Source of the DNA: Phallusia mammillata
Lineage: Eukaryota
Direction of reading: 5' to 3'
Assembly (NCBI GenBank): GCA_965637545.1
Contig: OZ281494.1
Coordinates: forward strand, 35,402,001-35,466,000
DNA length: 64,000 nt
Position numbers and translations under genes: made by a program. Below, piece after piece: positions 49,435-62,245 of this stretch. The first letter of the stretch is position 1. Every line of letters begins with the position of its first letter. The notes under the pieces were generated by a model. The model was given only the letters and a program-made list of their open reading frames with translations. It was not told the origin of the DNA and searched no databases.

Positions 49435-49875
49435 CAGACATGGGGTCGAATACACGCGTCCTGTATTCGAATACTTTACGAATACCTGCATGACTGTATT
49501 CGAATTCATGGTAATTTTTGAGAGAGAGCAATTCGAATGGTATTCGAACAAAACGAGTCAAGTATTTGTATTCATGAATTGTTGACCAAACTACAACGAC
49601 AAGTAATTCGAATGCTATTCAAATAAACCAAGGCATGTATTCGTATTCATGACTTCTACGCACTTTTTAACGTTCGACAATTCGAACTGTATTCGAATAA
49701 TGCGGGTCAAGTATTCGTATTCACGAATTGTTTCGTAATGTTAAGGTGGCAGCAATTCGAATTGCATTCGAAAAGAACGTATCAAGTATTAGTATTCATG
49801 AACAGTTGACCAAAAAACAACAACGTGTAATTCGAATACTATTCGAATAAACCCCAAGCGTGTATCCGCCCATGG
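49435..49875. mobile_element. MITE with ~5 internal ~75-bp TTCGAA-rich tandem repeats, interrupting the transposase fossil
   Basis: Ends cagacatggggtcgaatac / gtatccgcccatgg; unit aattcgaa...attcgaa...caagtatt.gtattcatgaa at ~49530, 49605, 49680, 49755, 49830. Confidence 0.6.
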
Positions 49876-50084
49876 TTATGAGTGGTACCTCAACAGCCTG
49901 ATCTACAAACTGTTTTTTGTAAGGTATTCGTGTCTGAATTGACACTTTTGACCGATTGCGCGTCATTGTGTGCTGGCGGGCGGCGGCAATATGTTATGAA
50001 TTGAGTGTCGTAACCGCTCGCTCATGCGCAGATAAACGTTAAGGCTTTGTGAAAACGGCATGCTTTGCAGAGTCTGATTATGGC

Positions 50085-50423
50085 TTTCGCGTTTAGTGTA
50101 CTTTCTTATGCGCGATTATTTGTGAAGAATAGCCTTTTGAACTCTTCGACTGATACCTAGAAGCTTTCAGTCAGTTTCAAAGCCAACTGTTTCTTTATTA
50201 AAACGCAAAGGTCCACACCGAACAGTCTTCAAAATAGAATGACTTGCGCCACAAAAACAAGTCAAAAAACTGCAAGTCGCAGAACAAAACGTGCGCCTCA
50301 GGAAAGACACCGGCAGTCACAGGCCAGTTGCCATCAGCCACTTGTGCCGTAACCACGCACTACCAATTTGCGTACACACACGATGCAAACAGGCACACAC
50401 ACGATGTAAATAAATTTATGACA
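50085..50423 (-). repeat. 3' LTR (339 bp)
   Basis: About 14 substitutions and 2 indels versus 54480-54797 (hand count, ~95% identity); terminus TGTCAT... on the minus strand. Confidence 0.92.
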
Positions 50424-50433
50424 ATACCCCCCA
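50424..50433 (-). other. Polypurine tract
   Basis: tggggggtat immediately before the 3' LTR on the minus strand. Confidence 0.6.
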
Positions 50434-50568
50434 ACTAAGAGAAATCTTCTAGATTTTTTTTCTTTGCGTAAACAAATTTTCACGACAACAAATCACATCA
50501 CAAAAACCAAGAAGTATTAGTAAAATTAAACGAACACCAACGGATGACAACATCACATAATGTGCCCA

Positions 50569-51900
50569 TTATTCCAGTCTGCTCATAAAATCTGCACCAA
50601 CATTATCCGAACCTTTGATACATTTAAATTTTATGCGATAACTCAAAAAAAACATAGCCCATCGCATAATACGATCATTGGTAAACTTGGCGCTTTCCAA
50701 ATAGATTAAAGGTTGGTGATCGGTCTGCAACACGAACTCATTGCCATACAAGCATACACCGTATTTACGTACAGCCCATATAATAGCTAAGCACTCTTTT
50801 TCGATAGTAGAATAGTTGTGCTCAGCACTACACAATTTTTTGCTGGCATAACTGACAGGAAACAATTTCCCGTCATGTTCTTGCAATAACACAGCACCAA
50901 GTCCCTTGTCCGACGCATCTGTTCGCAGCACAAACGTTTTACACATATCTGGTAGGTGCAAAATGGGCGCGTTTGTCAAGCTCGTTTTCAGTGCTTGGAA
51001 AGCTACTTCTTGTGCATCACCCCAAATTACCACGTTAGGTTGTCCTTTCTTTGTCAAGTCGGTTAATGGAGATGTAATCGCCGCATAATTCGGCATAAAA
51101 TCTCGATAACACCCTGTAAGTCCAATGAACGACCTGACGTCCTTCTTTGTCAACGGGCGTTTTGCATTCTGAATTTTCCTGACGTTGTCCTTCTGAAGAC
51201 CAATCACGTCCTGTTCAATGTTATGTCCGAGAAAATCAACACTGCTTGCACCAATGATACATTTTGATGGTTGGATTGTCACCTTCGCATCTTTTAGACG
51301 ACGTAGCAAAATTTTCAAGGCAATAACATGTTCTTTCCATGTCTTCGTATGGATGATGATGTCATCAATATAATTCTCAAAACAGTCCATTCCAAGCAGT
51401 TATATTGTCATGTCTCGAACGAATGTAGCAGCAGAGTTCATCATACCAAACGGCATTTTAAGAAACTCGTGATTCCCTTGTGTGGTCACGAACGCCGTCT
51501 TCTCTATATCTTCCTCAGCTACCGGAACCTTTTGACAAGTCAATTTTTGTAAAAAAAACTTGTCACGTGCGAGTTTCTGAAAAACATCTGAAGCTGCTGT
51601 CATTGACTCCGGATTAAATACAGTCACTTTGTTTAACTTTCGATAAACTATTCATACTTGGTTTGTGCCATCCTTTTTAGCGACGACCACAACTGGTGAG
51701 GCGTAAGCGGAGTTTGATCTACGAATAACACCCAACCTCAGCATCTCGTCGATGTCCTTCTTCAAGCTTTCCCGCACTTTGTAGGGTACTGTACACGGCC
51801 TTGACCGAACAGGTCGATTGTCCATGAGTGTCACTCGATGTTGAACGAAATCCATGCTTCCAGGTATATCGTTAAAGACGTTAAAAGGTATATCGTTGCT
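50569..51900 (-). pseudogene. Reverse transcriptase + RNase H (three frames)
   Basis: PYKV..LKKDIDEMLRLGVIRRSNSAYASPVVVVAKKDG; KTAFVT..GNHEFLKMPFGMMNSAATF; YIDD; RH motifs TDAS, EKECLAIIWA, TDHQPL. Confidence 0.95.
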
Positions 51901-52032
51901 ATATTGTTTGACTAGTGCAACTGCCTCGTCTCTCTCAGATTCTGTGAGATTTTCACCGTTCCTTACATCCTCTACATTTTCTTCAGCTACACATGGATAC
52001 AGCTCTAAGAGATCATTGTCATCATGTTCTTC

Positions 52033-53300
52033 TCAGGGAGAAATTGTTGAAAAACAAGCAGAAGCATCTTTCGTCACGTCGCGTGTGCGACGGTTACTTG
52101 CGATGTACTGTTTTAGTAAATTGATATGAAAGGTTTTGGTTTTTCCTCCCATATCGAGAACATAATCACTTAACCCAATTCTCTTTTGCACTACAAACGT
52201 CCCCTTCCACTGCATTAATAGCTTATTATTGTCTGTCGGCAACAACACAAGTACTTGATCATCTTCATTAAGACTACGGGGCTTAGACTTTTTGCCAAAG
52301 TGTTTCTTGTAACACGTCTGTGAATTAGACAGTTCCTCCTGTACAATCTTGATAGTTTCTTCCAAGCGCTCTTTTAAATCAAATACATATCTGTAGCTGC
52401 ATCTTACATCTGGCTCTGTTGTGGTGTTTGTCCACATTTCTTTCAAAATCGCCATAGGGTCGCGAACACTTCTACCATAAAGCAACTCAAATGGCGAAAA
52501 CCCAGTTGACTCTTGTGGCACTTCGCGGTATGCGAAAAGAAGAGCATTAATGTATCGATTCCACTGCCGTGGCTGGTCACAGCACAAGCGCTTGAGCATT
52601 CTTTTAAAAGTTCCGTTAAATTTCTCAACCAAGCCGTTGCACATTGGGTGACATGGTGTTGTCGCTAGATGTCCTACTTTCAGAAGTCTCTCCACCTCTT
52701 TCATACAGTCAGATATAAACTGCGTGCCCATATTACTTAGATTCTCTTCTGGAATCCCAAGGCGACTGTATGTCGACTAGGGTTTCGGCCACTGCTTCAG
52801 TTGTTATGTTCTTTAGAGGAATAGCTTCAGGATAAGGCGTTGCGTAGTCTACAAAGGTAAGAACAAAACTATGCCCATCTTCACTAGGTGGGTAAATTGG
52901 GCCAATTAAATCAACCGCAACACGCTTAAACGGTACATCCATTAATGGCATCTTTTCCAAAGGTACCCGTGAAACACTTCCTTTGTGAACAGTTCTCCGG
53001 CATATATCACAAGACCTGCAAAATCGCTTGACGTCGCCATTAATTCCTGGCCAGTAAAAACTCCAAAGAATCTTATCAAGAGTTTTTTTAGTTCCCATGT
53101 GACCACCCATTATAAACTCATGTGCTGTTTCCATTATCTTCTGGCGCAGCTTGACTGGCGCAACAAGCTGGTAAACACACTTTCCTCTGTTAACTTTTGG
53201 ATATCGGAATTCTCGATATAACAACCCGTTGTCAGTTATGAAACAGGTAATTTGCTCGCCTTTGACCCGCTCTTCTTTCATGATCCACAGAGATTTGATA
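52033..53300 (-). pseudogene. Integrase (HHCC + rve + GPY/F-like), frameshifted
   Basis: HEFIMGGHMG...CRSCDIC; VAVDLIGP; ENLSNMGTQF (second catalytic D appears as N); NGLVEKFNGTFK; KLLMQWKGTF. Confidence 0.93.
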
Positions 53301-53354
53301 GAAACATCTGCCTTCTGAGCGGCTTCGAAACCTTCTTTATCCATAATGGACCAT

Positions 53355-54420
53355 TCACCAAGATTTTGAACCTCCAAAGGACTTCGTTTTTTTAAAAAAA
53401 GATTGTGCTCGCGTCTTAACAGCGCAACCCACCTTCCACATTTGATATAGATTGTCAGGACTTCTGGCGCCTGGAACATTTTCAATAATTAAATCGTGCA
53501 AGGTATTTGGCAAACACAGCGCATCTACTTCTCCTTTGAAGTAAGGCGAATCCACAGATATTCTTGCCACTTCCTCTTCGATTGTCCTCGAATCTAAAAG
53601 CGTAACGATGCGTGATTCCTCTTTAAGCTTGGGGCAAAACTTTCCCTGTGTCCGTACTCCATGCAATTAAAACATTGCGCGTTTGTGTCAAAGTTCAACT
53701 GGCCATCGTTCGGCAGCAAATATTTATTGCAGTTACCAGCCAAGCTCTTGTTATGCGCGAAAAAAACTGATCTGCCACAGTAGCCAACGCGTCTAATTGC
53801 AAATAGTTATGTAAACGAACTAGGAACTGTGTCGAATTTTCGACTGACTTTGGTTAAGCACCACGGAATTTAGACCTGTAACCGTCCTCGGTTAGACCGT
53901 ATCTGTCTAAAAGTGCTTTCTTGAGAACATCGTAGTTGACTGCGTCAGCATCAGATAATCTCGAATAAACTTCCAGCGCTCTACCTGTAAGAAGCGCACT
54001 GAGAGAGGTTGCCCAGTCGTTCCTGTCCCATTTGTTACTAGAAGCAAATCTTTCGTACCTGAGAATGTAACTATCGAGCTCATCTTGACCGTCCACAAAC
54101 GGTGGCAGCTTCGGCACCTTTGCATGACTTGTTGTTGCGCCCACCTTAGCAGACTTTACCTCCGCAAGTTGTAAATCCATTTTCTTAAGCTCCATTCTGT
54201 GTTCTCGCTCAATTTTTGTCTCGGCCATTCGCCGTTCTTCAAGCTTGCGTGTTTCATTAATTTTAATCTCTTCGAGTCTTCTTGCTTCACGTTCGTTTTC
54301 AGGCCGCTCTTTGCGTTCGTCCCGATCACGTAACTGCTGGTCATTGACCCACTTGACCAATGCTTCCCCTGAAAGTCCCATTGCCTTTCCAGTTTCACTC
54401 AAAGCTTGAACTCTTGACAT
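53355..54420 (-). pseudogene. Gag with broken zinc knuckle, plus the C-terminal half of the protease
   Basis: KVPKLPPFVDGQDELDSYILRYERFA..W..DWATSLSALLTGRALEVY..L...YDVLKKALLDRYGLTEDGYRSKFR; CFNCMEYGH/..KFCPK knuckle (53674-53630, frameshifted); VARISVDSPYFKGEVDALCL..LHDLII. No D(S/T)G motif remains. Confidence 0.88.
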
Positions 54421-54459
54421 TCTTCGTTTGTCGGTATAGAAAAGATTCGTAGTAAGGTT

Positions 54460-54477
54460 ATCCCGGACGAGCCCCCA
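54460..54477 (-). other. Primer-binding site complementary to tRNA-Pro 3' end
   Basis: Minus strand TGGGGGCTCGTCCGGGAT, 2 nt inside the 5' LTR boundary; identical to the MLV PBS-Pro sequence as I recall it. Confidence 0.92.
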
Positions 54478-54479
54478 GA

Positions 54480-54797
54480 TGTCGCGTTTAGTGTACTTTG
54501 TTATGCGCGATTATTTGTAAAGAACAACCTTTTAAACTCTTCGACTGATACCTAGAAGCTGTTAGTCAGTTTCAAAGCCAACTGTTTCTTTATTAAAACA
54601 GAGCACAGGTCCACACCGTACCGTCTTCAAAATAGAATGACTTGCGCCACAAAAACAAGTCAAAAAACTGCAAGGCGCAGAACAAAACGTGCGCCTCAGG
54701 AAAGACACCGGCAGTCACAGGCCAGTTGCCATCAGGCACTTGTGCCGTAACCACGCACTACCAATTTACACACAACAATGTAAATAAATTTGTGACA
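54480..54797 (-). repeat. 5' LTR (318 bp)
   Basis: TG...CA termini (tgtcgcg...gtgaca); aligns with 50085-50423. Confidence 0.93.
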
Positions 54798-55394
54798 AAG
54801 ACCAACTTGGCAACATATTTACTAATTCTAAATTTGTTGGCAATTTTTAAACCAAACCCAATAAGGTATGAAAGTAGGGAAGTTTTCATACTTTTTTCCG
54901 CGATTTTAAACCAAACCCAATAAGGTATGAAAGTAGGGAAGTTTTCATACTATTATTAAGGTAGTTTGCATTTCCATTTCAAATACATCGTGTGCAGAAC
55001 CTCACATAAATATGTCTCGTTCGTTTAAGCCAACAACGAGTGACATTGAGCAGAAAGGCTCCGTATTTGAAACAAGAGCTTTTATTTTATACTGCAGTTA
55101 CAAACATCATTAAAAGTTAACAAAACACGATTGCCAAAGCTGTACGTACCTATCCAGGTGTACAAAAGGTGCTTTAGCATTTGTTAAAAGTTTGCCTTTG
55201 CAACCAAAGCAAGTACGCAACCATCTAATAAAAACAAAATATTTTGATGTCGTTTCGTTTCCAATTCTGAAGCATAATTTGTTGTGTGATTTTTCTTGTT
55301 TTCAATGACCAATATCCAATATAGGGCGGTTGAATGGCAACGAATTCAGAGGCGACACTCAGTTGCAGTCGCACAACTGTTAATAGCAAAACTC

Positions 55395-55683
55395 ACATAA
55401 TTAGGGGGCCCAGGGCCCCCCAGGTGGGCAACGAGCTGTGTTCCGGGGCCACAGGTATAAATCCAACTTTATTTCCCAATTTAATCGACTATTTCACATT
55501 CTACATGTCTATATTGAGGGTTTTCACGTATATAAAGCCGAAATTATTACCGAATTCCAACATGAGATTTCCATTTACATTTTTAAGGGGGGCACAGGTC
55601 CTACAAGGTTACTTGTAGGGGGCCAAAAGGCCCAAAACTTACTTTTTGCGGGCTACGGCCCACGAAAGGTTGAGAACCACTGG
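55395..55683. mobile_element. hAT MITE remnant (right end only)
   Basis: GC-rich insert ending ggcccacgaaaggttgagaaccactg; left TIR not found. Confidence 0.5.
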
Positions 55684-56780
55684 TCTAAGGCGTAGCATAC
55701 GGTCACAACTGACTCGGTTGATTCGGTCGATGTTGCAAACTTTTTAAATATTTGATTTCGGTTTGAACTTAATCTCGATGCTTTGGTGCGTGATTAGTTT
55801 AATACTAAGGTGACATACTAATTTTTTAGAGACGGTGGGTAGTTAATTTTTGCGTTTTCCTTTGTACAATTCCTCACGTCTGAGATGCTTACAGTTTGAA
55901 TCATAACAATCATTTTTGTTACGTCAAGCAATTAAGGTGTTGCTTGTTTTACACACACGTACACAAGCAAGCAGACAAGGTTACCTCATTTCTATCTGAC
56001 AATATGTTACTTACACAACGGTATTGTGTCGCCGTTTTTTTCTCCGAAAAGAGTTGCTTAATAACAATAAATAACTATCCACCGTATCAACTAGTATTTA
56101 ATGGCTTAAATTACCTTCAAATCACCTAAAACTGCTTTCCCCCTTTCTGTCGCTTAGTACAACTTAATTTGACCACTTAAACAGACGCTACGGTTTAGCT
56201 GTGTCGATGGCATCGTACTCATACTATTCAGTACACAGCATATTATACACTCAACAGCACATATTCGGTTATTCCGTACCTAAGCTTACATGTTAACAAA
56301 ACTATCTCAGAGCCACGAACAGCTTATCGCTAACGAAAACGTCCCACACTTAACCTACTGTTAAATCTCCTGAAAAAATCCTATGTTCCGTCTCGTTGGT
56401 TTGAGCGAAAAAAAGCCAGGAGTGACGTCACGCTGCAGGCAAATCCTTCTATATTAAGGCGAGCGTTTGGGTGACGCAGACTGCGCTTACATGCATAACT
56501 GGAAGTCAAATAAACACCATTGCTGAGGCTTAGCGTCGCTGCCCAACGTGTTTCATGATCTACAACGGCTAAAGCATCCGTTATCAGTTTCCTTCTTTAA
56601 CCAACTATCTACAACAAACTATACGGCAAATTTTCCTTTTATAACAAACTATCAAAGGCAAAACGTGACAATTTTGTTTTGGTGTTCTGTAAAAAATTTC
56701 CGTATAATATTTAGTTTCAAGAGACAAGTTTCCAATTTAAAACCTAAATTGTGTAAATCTACTTAAAAGTTTATCTGTTA

Positions 56781-57087
56781 CAGAGTTGCAGGTCGGGTCG
56801 GGTTCTGGCTTAGGTTTCTTTGCAAAATAAACAGGCCCTTTTCGGGCCTGACTTTACACTCTGTGTCCATATTTTTTGAATAAATTTAACTAGCTAAGTA
56901 GCCATTTGCTAGACCTGACCTAATGTCAAACAGCCCTAAAACGCCTTGTTTAAGACCAATTGTCTGTTATTGTCCACTGTGTTTGTTGTCTTGGTCTTTC
57001 CTGGTGCTTCAATGGGCCGGGTTTAGGGTTGTGCTTTCGGGGTTCTGGCCGGATCCGGCTTCAACTTCAGGCCCGTTTACAACTCTG
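56781..57087. mobile_element. hAT MITE, 307 bp
   Basis: TIR cagagttg / caactctg; perfect TSD atctgtta. Confidence 0.88.
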
Positions 57088-57589
57088 ATCTGTTACACCT
57101 CGCTGCGTTTTCAGATGCGCTCAGACACCGTGAAAATGTGGCACTGTTTTTTTATTCTTAGAAAGCGAAAATTTTAACCATAGGCTTTTCGTGTCTCCTT
57201 TGCAGTGATTATGTTTGGAATTTTTTTCACATGTCGCAGTAATAAATACTTAATGAGCCTTTCATTAGGCTTTGCATCAGTTGACATGTAACTGTTTTAA
57301 TACCGCTTTATTTTTCATAAACATGATGCAGAATGATTAATTATATGCTACATAAAATTATGTTCAGTTTTAATCCCATTACTTCTCATTGTCTTCAAAG
57401 AAACACTAAGGACTCTGTAAAAGGATGTATTTGCAGTTTTCTATTTAAATACTTGTCATAAATTTGTATATTTGTTTTTAGGAGTGAACCATTGAACAAA
57501 CCAATGATGTGCAATTAAACGGTAAAACACCATCACTGAGTAATTGTTTCATGTCGTTCACAATACAATGCACTTTAAAAGTTAAAAAT

Positions 57590-58112
57590 GCCAAAATTAT
57601 CTTAGCGCACCGAACAGCTTATCTGGCCGGATCCGGTCTGCGAAGTCATTTCATCCGGCCTGCGACCACATTTTTTAATTAGCTAAATCGTTTGGATATC
57701 TTTGTAATATTTAAAAATGAATCTACTTCTTACAAAAGTGTTCAAGTCGCAATATGTAGAAATAAAATGACCTAGTTTCATAGGATTACAACGCCCAGAT
57801 TTGATCCAAAGCCGTTTTGTTACGTCACAAACAAAATTAAAAGCGTCAATTGTGCCCAAATAGTTGCCTTGTTTTGTTATTTGTGTCATAATCTACAAGC
57901 ATTGCTGGTAAAATAAACCCAACTATACAGTTATACAGTTGCATTACCAGTTTTTAAATGGGATTGTAGATAGACTGTCTCCTGGCGCCCCTAAAAATCA
58001 CTTTGATGGCTAAGTTTGGAAAGACGGCGCTAGGGCATGTAAACTATGCGGCCCGCGAGAATCATTATTAAACTTATCCGGCCCGCAGTGAAAAAAGTTT
58101 GGTGACCCCTGG
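57590..58112. mobile_element. hAT MITE remnant(s)
   Basis: ggccggatccgg/gcggcccgcg subterminal motifs and right TIR agtttggtgacccctg; left TIR and TSD not found. Confidence 0.45.
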
Positions 58113-58161
58113 TTTAAGCGAAAAAAAAAAAGAAATCCAGGAGAGACCTCACGCTCTAGGC

Positions 58162-58766
58162 CAGGGGTCGCCAACCCGCGGCTCCGGAGCCGCATGCGGC
58201 TCTTTGATCCGTCTGATGCGGCTCAGTTTTTGAATTTACTAAATGTTGTACATTTGAATAAAAATTATGTGGCGATTATTCCCAACACAAAAGTCGAACA
58301 CGAAAATTGAAGCGCAGTAGCATGACTGTGCTCGCTTGTTGTAGTTACCTGCAAACCCGCCTCTATACCATCAAAGGTGAAGTCTGAAAGTGGCAAACTG
58401 GCGGCTCACAGGTTAACACGCATTATGAGACAATACTGTTTTTGTTTGCAGTGTGTGTGCGCGGGTAACAATAACTGTTTGTTAATTGTTATGCAACAAA
58501 CGCGTAAACAAAGGAATAAAAATCTGCAAAAACAGATTATGCAACGCTACGTAAAGTTGTTTTCTCTGCTGCGGAGACTATAGTATATCAGTGTGTCTAA
58601 TATGCAATGAAACACTAGCTAACAACAAAAAGCCGAATGTCAAAGGACTAAAAACGTTTTGCATTTTATTTCAAATTTTAAAACGGCTTTGTGGCTCCCA
58701 GTGTTTATTTTACTACTTGAAACAGGTCCGAGTGGCTCTTTGAGTAGTAAAGGTTGGCGACCCCTG
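58162..58766. mobile_element. hAT MITE, 605 bp
   Basis: Perfect 15-bp TIR caggggtcgccaacc / ggttggcgacccctg; perfect TSD ctctaggc. Confidence 0.95.
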
Positions 58767-59482
58767 CTCTAGGCAAAGACTGCTAAATTAAGGCGAGCGC
58801 TTGGGTGACGCATACTGCTGTTGCATGCATCACTGGAAGTCAAACAAACACCATTGTTGAGGTTCAGCGTACCTGTCCAAGCTGTTTTATAATCTACAAA
58901 ATTCTGTTTACTAGGCTTGTAATGCTCTTTCCAGTCCCACTAAATCTGTTTAGAACAGTTTGAAAATCAAAATATTTAGCAAAAGAACAAATGCATGTAC
59001 TAGCGGCCGTGACGTAAAAAAACTTTGATTTTACATTTTGGATTACAAGAGTTTTCATCTCAATCTTCGAAACAAGCTTGAAATTAAATTGGCTATCAGT
59101 CAGAAAGAGTTTACGACGCGGCCGTCAATGCAAAAAGGTTGTGTACGCCTGTGTTAGGCCCAGGAAATTCAGCACACAAAAGTGTATAAACGTAAGAAGT
59201 TAATTTAATGGCTAGCTTGTCGCTGCATTCTTTCCGCAATTTTGATATAATGTGATCTTGACTTGTTCTTAAAAGCCCCCCTTATTAAAATATCCCTCCA
59301 TATTAAATAATTTTTATTTATTTGGGTGATATCAAAAAGAACGAAAAATCTTTATCCGTGCCTATAGATATTAATGACATTTTTCGCAATCCTTTACTCC
59401 AGGAAAATTAAAAGCAAAATCTCTCCAGGTATGTGCTTATTGCTTCATAATTCACATTACTGACGCAACAGTCCCAAACTGA

Positions 59483-59871
59483 TGGTGACGGGACGAGTAC
59501 CCGGTACTTGGTATGGAACGATTTTAGTGGTATTGATACTCGGTGTCGACATAGTTTTTCTCAGTTTTCGATACCAACGTTCGATACCCAAGGCCGGTTT
59601 ACTCCATAAGAAAACAGGCAACTTTTTGCCAATAGTTGCTTCGAACAGCACAAAATCGGGAAAAAGTTCCGCCAGGTTACCTATATTTTTTTCGCTATCA
59701 TGTGGGGAATACATTTTTCTGCTAGCGCCTGAACCCTTGCCACGGCACATAAATTAGCCAGTGATACACAACTAAGTACCACACGATTTTTAAGTACTCG
59801 GTATCGAAAGTACATACATGTGGTACTCGGTATCGGTACTCGCTTCAAAACCTGGTATCGTCCCATCACTA
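59483..59871. mobile_element. hAT MITE, 389 bp, GTAC/CGATAC-rich ends
   Basis: TIR tggtgacgggacg / cgtcccatcacta; TSD caaactga / gaaactga (7/8). Confidence 0.8.
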
Positions 59872-61101
59872 GAAACTGACACACTAATATTCACAACAAG
59901 CAGGTCAGTCTTACATAATTCAGGATGCAATGCCGACCTGCATTTCATAAAAACGCAATAGTGACCTTTAGTAACACTGATCTCAGCTGTATTCCCTTCG
60001 TATAGCTTTCTTCAGTTGTATACCCTAATTTTGATGCGGTATACACTTGGGTATACAGTATACCCGGTTGAAGAGCACTGATTTAATGCAAAATAATCCA
60101 CTTGGCAGATCCAGGCCTGGTTTCCAGATCTGCCACTTTACAATGCAAAAGTCAACAGTTGGTGAAAATAATTTAAAGCTTAAAACATCTGACTGAAATT
60201 ACATGAAGCTAAAATTGAAAACAACACAAATTAACTGATAGGAAACCTACTTACGAAAATCTGCTTGATGCAAATAAGTATGCCAAGCTTTTATTTTCGT
60301 ACGCATTGCGTAAGAAACCGCAACTTTGCGATCAACTTAAAAAAGAGGAACTAACTGAAACAAATAAAGGCTTCACAACAGAAAATTTCCTGTGAATCCC
60401 CTAACGGTAAGAAACCTTTAGACACGGGGCACTGAACACCCTGATACCAAAGTTTTATATATACTTTGCCTGATACCAGTGCTCGATGATTAGGTGCGTG
60501 ATTAGTTTAATACTGCGGTGACATATTAATTATTTTTTAAAGACGGGGTAGTTTTGCGTTTTCCTTCGTACAATTCCTCACGACTGAGAAGCTTAAAGAT
60601 TGAATCATAACAATCGCTTTTGTCATCGTCAACTTTGTGTTGCGTATTTCAATTTCCATACACGTACACAAGCAAGCAGACAAGGTTACCTTATTGCTAT
60701 CTGATAGTATGTTACTCACACAACGGCATTATGTTGCCGTTGTTCCTCCGAAAGGGGTTACTCAATAACAACTAATAATTATCCACCGCATTAACTAGTA
60801 TTAAATGGCAACAAATTCAGTGGCGACATCTTGTGGCATTCGCACAACCGTTCACAACAAAGCTCACGTGATTACGTCAAAGGGGTAGCGTACGGGTTTG
60901 AGTGACGTCACAAATGAATCAAATTACAAACTTCTTAACATTCGGTTTCGGTTCCCAACCAATTTTGATACTTTGGTGCACGACTTGTTTTAAAACTGAT
61001 TAGGGGTGACCATACAGGCATTTTTGAGAGTCAGAGGAGTAGTTAATCTTTGCGTTTTCTGTTGCTCAATTGCTCATGGATGAGTTGGTTATAGTTTAAA
61101 T

Positions 61102-61550
61102 CAGCGCTTCCCAACCGGTGGGCCGCGGCCCACTGGTGGTCCGCGACGTTCTTTTTGGTGGGCCGCGAAGTTTTTCAAACTACTACCATACCAATATGGA
61201 GGTTAAAAAAAGTTACACAGTTTGTGTGAACGTACTTTCAAATTTACCCATTTTTCTGAAAAACATGATACTATAGTATACTCACTATGAAAGTCCCATG
61301 GCGCATAAGACTCACGTTAAACAAAGCTTTATTACACAAAAAAACTGCGATTGTTACGTCACAACAGTATTTGTACTAGTTGCAAAATCTTTATGCTGGA
61401 ACTCTTTTTGTTAGGTTTATTTGGTCTTTGCGTAGCTATAAAATGCATAGTTTTTTTCATGATGGTTTTCTCGCAATATTATACGGTGGTCCGCCAAAAA
61501 AAACAAAATTTCTAAGTGGGCCGCGAGCTGAAAAAGGTTGGGAAGCACTG
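61102..61550. mobile_element. hAT MITE, 449 bp
   Basis: TIR cagcgcttcccaacc / ggttgggaagcactg; perfect TSD gtttaaat. Confidence 0.93.
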
Positions 61551-62245
61551 GTTTAAATCATCTTACAATTACATGAAGCAGAGATTGGATGTAAACAAGA
61601 TCTGTGACAATTTTCATCACCTAAACCTGCCCACTTTCTGCCACTTTAGTACAACGAAATTTCACAACTTAAACAGAGGCTGCGGTTGTGCTGTATCGAT
61701 TACATTGCACTCATGTTATTTAGTATACAGCATATTATACACATAACAGAACACTTTTGGTTATTCCGTACCTGAGCTTACTTTTCTATCTCGGAGCTTT
61801 TTCACAAAACTATCTCTGCGCCACGAACAGCTTATCTGTAACGAAAACGTTCCACACATTGTTAAATCACGTGAAATAATCCCAAGTTCCGCCTCGTTGG
61901 TTTGAGCGAAAAACAGCCAAATCCAGGAGTGACGTCACGCTTCAGGCAAAGCTCTTATATTAAGGCAAGCGCTTGGGTGACGCAGACTGCGGTTATCACT
62001 GGAAGTCAAAAAACACCTTTGCCGAGGCTTAACGAACCTGCCCAAGCTGTTTCATGATCTACAAAGGCTAAAGCATCCGTTCTTATTTTCCTTCTATAAC
62101 AAACTATAAGGCAAATTTTCCTTTATAACCAATTATAAAACAAAATGAAATATTTTTGTTTCGTTGTTTTGTAAAAACATTCGATTTTAAACGTTTAACA
62201 CAAAACGACCAAATAGTGTAAATGTATTTAAAAGTTTATCTGTTA

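Larger units (their letters stand above)
50085..54797 (-). mobile_element. Degenerate Gmr1-like Ty3/Gypsy LTR retrotransposon (gag-PR-IN-RT-RH)
   Basis: Two LTRs, PBS, PPT, and Gypsy-type RT/RH downstream of integrase. Multiple frameshifts and internal deletions. Confidence 0.93.

Noticed and set aside
50244-50438. ORFs MRHKNKSKNCK... at 50244 and 54642
   Set aside because: Antisense reading of the two LTRs.
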